DNA of 40,366 bases from Bacteroidota bacterium (GTDB taxonomy: Bacteria > Bacteroidota > Ignavibacteria > UBA10030 > SZUA-254), in contig JAWOMQ010000179.1 in NCBI GenBank assembly GCA_033852415.1, positions 1 through 40,366 on the forward strand, written 5' to 3'. The translations under genes were made by a program, and so were the position numbers. Within the stretch, counting starts at the first letter, position 1, and every line of letters starts with the position of its first letter. Of the stretch, positions 36,400 to 40,366 are shown one piece after another. Below the pieces are notes generated by a model, which saw only the letters and a list, made by a program, of their open reading frames with translations, was not told the DNA's origin and ran no database searches.

Positions 36400-39300
36400 A
36401 TGCTTGAAGATGAACGAACAGCTAGCTTCATGCCCTTCGAAGAATATTTCGGTCGGATTGGTGACCAGGAAATTGTTTTCCTTGTGTCCCCCGACATGGC
36501 TGTATGGCGGCGCTGGCGGGATTGGATTGTCCCCGCATTGGGGCAACAAAGGAAAGTTGTCCATCTTGTCCCTTCCGATGCGATTCCTCCTCTCGGACTA
36601 GCCCGGGGGTATTACGGGAAGTTCATCCTCCCTGAAAAAAGGCGGATTACTTTGTCCCTCGTCAGGAAGGCGCTTGCCGCAATTCCGCCTAAACGAGTCC
36701 TGGTGCTGGAAGAGCTATCCCTTTGGAAAGCCCAATGGAAGAGTGATAAAGCAGTGTGCGAATTCTACGCTTTGATTCTCTCTCTGGCAGCAAGGAAAAG
36801 GTGGGTTGTCATTTCAAGTGTGCTCAGGTCCGCGTTTGATCTTCAGACACTCGCCCGGTTGAAGGATGCTGCGTCAATCTGCCTCGATGCGTCAGAAGAG
36901 AATAAGGATGTTTTACTCTATCCGGTTTCGATCAAGGGACGATACAAGCGGCCGTATGAGCTCACTCGTCCATTCTCCCTGGGCCGACTCGAAAAGCTCT
37001 CCGAGCCGGCGATCCAGGTTGAAACCGACGCTGACCGCCTTGCACGAGGCCGTCAGTCCGTTTTCACGAACACAACTGAGTCTCTTATTCTCTTTCACCT
37101 GAATAAGGATTTGATTGAGCCGAACAATCGTGCTCTGGCGCTTCTCGGAATCCAGCGCGATGAATTCCTCCGACATCTGGGATTCGAATATCTTGCCGCA
37201 GGCAGCAGATTTAAGTTGCTGAAATCCGTTATCTCCCTGAAGAAACGGAAATCCGACTGCGTGGTCGTATCGTACAAACGAACTCCGACTGCGTCATCGA
37301 TCGAAGTTCGTTTGTCGAATCTCGGCGATGGGTTCGCGCTTGCTTCACTTCGTGATATTTCGGATGAGATTGCTGTCCGATCGAGGATGAAATCTCTCAC
37401 TGATGAGTATGAGAGATTCCTCGAGTCCATGCCGGTCCCATTTCTCGTTATGGCAGGACGGAGAATCGTCTTTGCCAATGAAACCTTCCGTCGACAGTTC
37501 CGGTACGGGAATACTCCCGAGGGGAAGGTATTGTTCGATCTTGTTTCACCGGCGTCGCACACAAGCGTGCGGGAAATGCTGCGCGCGCCAAAATCAGATG
37601 ACGGGCAATTCCACGAGATTGATTTCATCCCCGGTGATGGCGGAATTGCCCGCTGTCTCGCACGAAGTGCTAGGATTGTCTTCCGTCAGCGCGAGTGTGT
37701 TCAGATGAGTCTCGTGGAGATAACGGCGGAATATGAAACCCGAAGACGCCTTGCGACCTTTGAGGAAACGTTCAGGGGGCTGGCTGAAAACTCTCCATCG
37801 CCGGTCGCCATCCTCGAAGGTTCCACCTTTAATTATTGCAATCCTGCCTTCGCGCGTCAGTTCGGCTTTGCGTCGGTTGAAGAGGTGTATGGCAAACCAC
37901 ATTCGCTCATCGAACGCGAGCCCAATGACTGGGTTTCCGAAAAATGTTCGCGGCGGTCCTTCCAAAAGCACGCCCAACAGGCACACATATTTATCGCGAA
38001 GCTTGCAGGGGGGGAATCCGGCACTTTTCAGATTACGATTATCCCATTCGAGGGAAGAAGCAATCAGTTCATATTCTACTATGCAGATATCACGAAATTC
38101 ACAAGTCTCGAGCTCGACACGCGCCAGTTTTCAAAAGAAGTAGAATTTCTGAACGAAATTGTCTCCGTTCTCCATGGGAAAACCGACGTCGCGAAAATTC
38201 TGCACTGGTCCGTCGCAAAAATGATTGACCTTTTCTCCTGGTCATGTTGCGGTATCTACCTTCGGGGAACGGAAGGAACTGAATTTGTGTTGAGATCCAG
38301 CCGCAACGTGCCCCATCTCATTACTGAAAAGCTATCTACTATTCCCGCACTCGAGGGAATAGGCGGGTATCTCGCGAAAACCTTGGAACCACACCGCATC
38401 GATGTGCGCCGGTATCCGGCCTATTTGCCGTACAAGACGCTTTTCCAGGCGACAGACCTTGTCCAGCTTGCCATCATTCCGCTTGTGGCGCATGGAAGGA
38501 TGAATGGTGTCCTGTTTTTCGGTGCAAGAGAGGATGGGGGTCATCCCGTCTTCTCCGCGCGATTGTTTTCTTTGGTAGGCAAAGAGCTCGGATCCGTCAT
38601 TGCTTCCACGCAAGCCGTGCATGACCTCGAACGTGCCGCTGCCGAGTTCCATGACCTCGTGTCGTCTGGAAGCGAGATTTATTATCGGCTGGCAAAAGGC
38701 GGATCCTTCGACACGATAACCGACAATGTCGAGGCCCTACTTGGATATCAGCCGAAGGAATTCCGAAGAAACAGATCGCTCTGGCTGAGCCTTGTTCATC
38801 CGGATGACAAAAAACTGCTCCTTGACCGGACGACGAATCTGGAATCGTTGTCCGGGCGTTCTGTCCTTGAATACAGGATGCTGCCCAAGGGGAAAGCTAC
38901 GCATGTGATCGTTCAGGATATCTTATCGTTGCACAGGGGGCCGTCGCATGCGGAACGGGAATTCGTGGGGACCATAAGAGATATCACAGCTGAGAAACGC
39001 CTTGTCGATGATCTGGATGCGAAAATAGGTGAACAGAAGGCGATATTGACAGGGATCAGCGACCCGATGATTGTGTGTGATCCGCAGCTCACGATTATTC
39101 TGTGCAATACTGCTGCGGAGGAGGTGACGGGGAAGCACACTCATCAGATCATCGGATCATCGCTTGCATCGTTATTCTACGGAGAGGGAGCGGAGACCCT
39201 GGTTGATTGTGCACAGAGGAGTGTGAAAACGGAGTCTGCATTGCGTGAGGAGATTGTTCTCCAGGCAGGGAAATCGTCTGGTGGGAGGACATTCCTTTGC

Positions 39301-40366
39301 CGATTATCTCCCCTAAAGCACGTGCGGGGCACCCTGCTTGGGATTGTTTGTTTGTTCAGCGATATCGAACAGATAAAGGCGCGCGAGATCGCGGTCAGAA
39401 ATTCCGAGGAAGTTCTGCGTAACGTCATTGACACGATGGGGGATATCTTTATCATTACAGATCTGGACGGTACGATCAGGCAGTTTAACAAATCGCTGGA
39501 GAGGGTCTTGGGCTACTCATCCAGTGAAGCGCAGGGAAGTAAATTCCCCTATCCCTGGCTCCTTGAGGATGAGATGGGGAGGTATGTCCTTTGGATTTCC
39601 TCGCTGCGTGAAAAGAACCTTCTGCATGATTTTGACATGACGTGGCAGGCGAAAGATGGACGGCGGATCCCGATGAGCCTCAGCACGACTCTCCTCCGGA
39701 ATGCAAGTGGTGAACCGATTGCCATGCTTAATATCGCGCGCGACATCACTGATCGCGTCCACCTGATGAAGTATATTGAACAGCGGAATCGCCAGATTGA
39801 ACTTATTAACCGGATTGTCAGCAAGGCGAACGAGACGAATGATTTCGATGAGATTTTTCTATACCTAGCGCATGAAATTAATCAGATTGTCCCATGCGAT
39901 TTTGTCAACGTGGGCCTCTTCTCTGACGACGGCACCGAGCTGGTTGTCTATGCGGCGTCAGGCGCTTCGGGAAAAAAGCCGGGTGACCGGCTGCCGATCA
40001 GTCGCACCGTCTCGCAACTTGTTCTCCACGAATCGCAGCCGGTCATTATCGACGATTTTCAGAAGCATCCCGGCTATCGCACGATGGAGTCCATCGCGAA
40101 GGGTATGAGATCTCAACTTTCTCTGCCCATCATGTTGAAAGGAAAAGTTGCCGGGACACTGAACCTTGGTAATAAACAGCCGGCAATCTATACCTCCGAC
40201 CATGCGGAGATCCTTCAACCACTCGCGCAGCACATCGGCACAATCATCGACCGGGTTCATTTGTTTAACCGTGTAAAGAACGATTCGACCTATATCCGCA
40301 GTCTGCTCGATTCGATCGATAACATTGTTTATACGGTCGACACTGCAGGCAAAATTCGGGAAGTAA
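36400..40366 (+). CDS. Very large cytoplasmic multi-PAS/GAF sensor protein (probably a histidine kinase), 3' end beyond the window
   Basis: Hand-translated frame begins ATG 36400 (MLEDERTASF) and shows no stop to the window end. PAS signatures (FLESMPVP, LAENSPSP, LVHPDD, VIDTMGD, RDIS/RDIT) and two GAF-like segments (IPL..HG...GVL; LPIMLKGKVAGTL). Confidence 0.88.
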   Translation, partial: MLEDERTASFMPFEEYFGRIGDQEIVFLVSPDMAVWRRWRDWIVPALGQQRKVVHLVPSDAIPPLGLARGYYGKFILPEKRRITLSLVRKALAAIPPKRVLVLEELSLWKAQWKSDKAVCEFYALILSLAARKRWVVISSVLRSAFDLQTLARLKDAASICLDASEENKDVLLYPVSIKGRYKRPYELTRPFSLGRLEKLSEPAIQVETDADRLARGRQSVFTNTTESLILFHLNKDLIEPNNRALALLGIQRDEFLRHLGFEYLAAGSRFKLLKSVISLKKRKSDCVVVSYKRTPTASSIEVRLSNLGDGFALASLRDISDEIAVRSRMKSLTDEYERFLESMPVPFLVMAGRRIVFANETFRRQFRYGNTPEGKVLFDLVSPASHTSVREMLRAPKSDDGQFHEIDFIPGDGGIARCLARSARIVFRQRECVQMSLVEITAEYETRRRLATFEETFRGLAENSPSPVAILEGSTFNYCNPAFARQFGFASVEEVYGKPHSLIEREPNDWVSEKCSRRSFQKHAQQAHIFIAKLAGGESGTFQITIIPFEGRSNQFIFYYADITKFTSLELDTRQFSKEVEFLNEIVSVLHGKTDVAKILHWSVAKMIDLFSWSCCGIYLRGTEGTEFVLRSSRNVPHLITEKLSTIPALEGIGGYLAKTLEPHRIDVRRYPAYLPYKTLFQATDLVQLAIIPLVAHGRMNGVLFFGAREDGGHPVFSARLFSLVGKELGSVIASTQAVHDLERAAAEFHDLVSSGSEIYYRLAKGGSFDTITDNVEALLGYQPKEFRRNRSLWLSLVHPDDKKLLLDRTTNLESLSGRSVLEYRMLPKGKATHVIVQDILSLHRGPSHAEREFVGTIRDITAEKRLVDDLDAKIGEQKAILTGISDPMIVCDPQLTIILCNTAAEEVTGKHTHQIIGSSLASLFYGEGAETLVDCAQRSVKTESALREEIVLQAGKSSGGRTFLCRLSPLKHVRGTLLGIVCLFSDIEQIKAREIAVRNSEEVLRNVIDTMGDIFIITDLDGTIRQFNKSLERVLGYSSSEAQGSKFPYPWLLEDEMGRYVLWISSLREKNLLHDFDMTWQAKDGRRIPMSLSTTLLRNASGEPIAMLNIARDITDRVHLMKYIEQRNRQIELINRIVSKANETNDFDEIFLYLAHEINQIVPCDFVNVGLFSDDGTELVVYAASGASGKKPGDRLPISRTVSQLVLHESQPVIIDDFQKHPGYRTMESIAKGMRSQLSLPIMLKGKVAGTLNLGNKQPAIYTSDHAEILQPLAQHIGTIIDRVHLFNRVKNDSTYIRSLLDSIDNIVYTVDTAGKIREV

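Noticed and set aside
36866-40260. Short ORFs listed in the track across the last 4 kb
   Set aside because: All are alternative-frame or antisense fragments of the single long PAS/GAF reading frame
40364-40366. Terminal TAA as the stop of the PAS sensor
   Set aside because: It is out of frame (the frame reads ...GAA GTA A), so the gene continues beyond the window

Overview
Bacterial genomic window, most likely from an Ignavibacteria-like/FCB-group organism: it has a YPNPFNPST-type C-terminal secretion domain, a SprE/PorW-like TPR lipoprotein and canonical sigma70 promoters. Left half (1 to ~20178): the right-hand part of an integrative element inserted into the host comM/yifB gene by a large serine recombinase; the element's other end lies left of the window. 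It carries a metallophosphoesterase, an XRE-HTH plus RuvC-like pair, a four-gene operon of unknown function (two atypical radical SAM enzymes, a divergent D-2-hydroxyacid dehydrogenase and a 2TM protein), a DUF932/Cas4-like/RadC module, a VirD4/HerA-like ATPase, a TIMP-like plus degenerate-matrixin secreted pair, a BsuBI/PstI-type R-M system and an AbiV-like HEPN gene. Reading the non-coding DNA reveals (i) two homologous, covarying twin-hairpin elements with GGGAGG loops in inverted orientation, (ii) three copies of a directional palindrome-containing motif upstream of element genes, (iii) a decayed copy of the integrase 5' end and (iv) an integrase ORF that reads through the att site into host DNA. 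Right half: host genes (truncated comM, TPR lipoprotein, pyrK, pyrD, folC, rho, an OmpA protein with Ca-binding repeats, thiolase/hbd/acyl-CoA dehydrogenase, three outer-membrane beta-barrels) and a >1300-codon multi-PAS/GAF sensor that the ORF track missed because it runs off the window.
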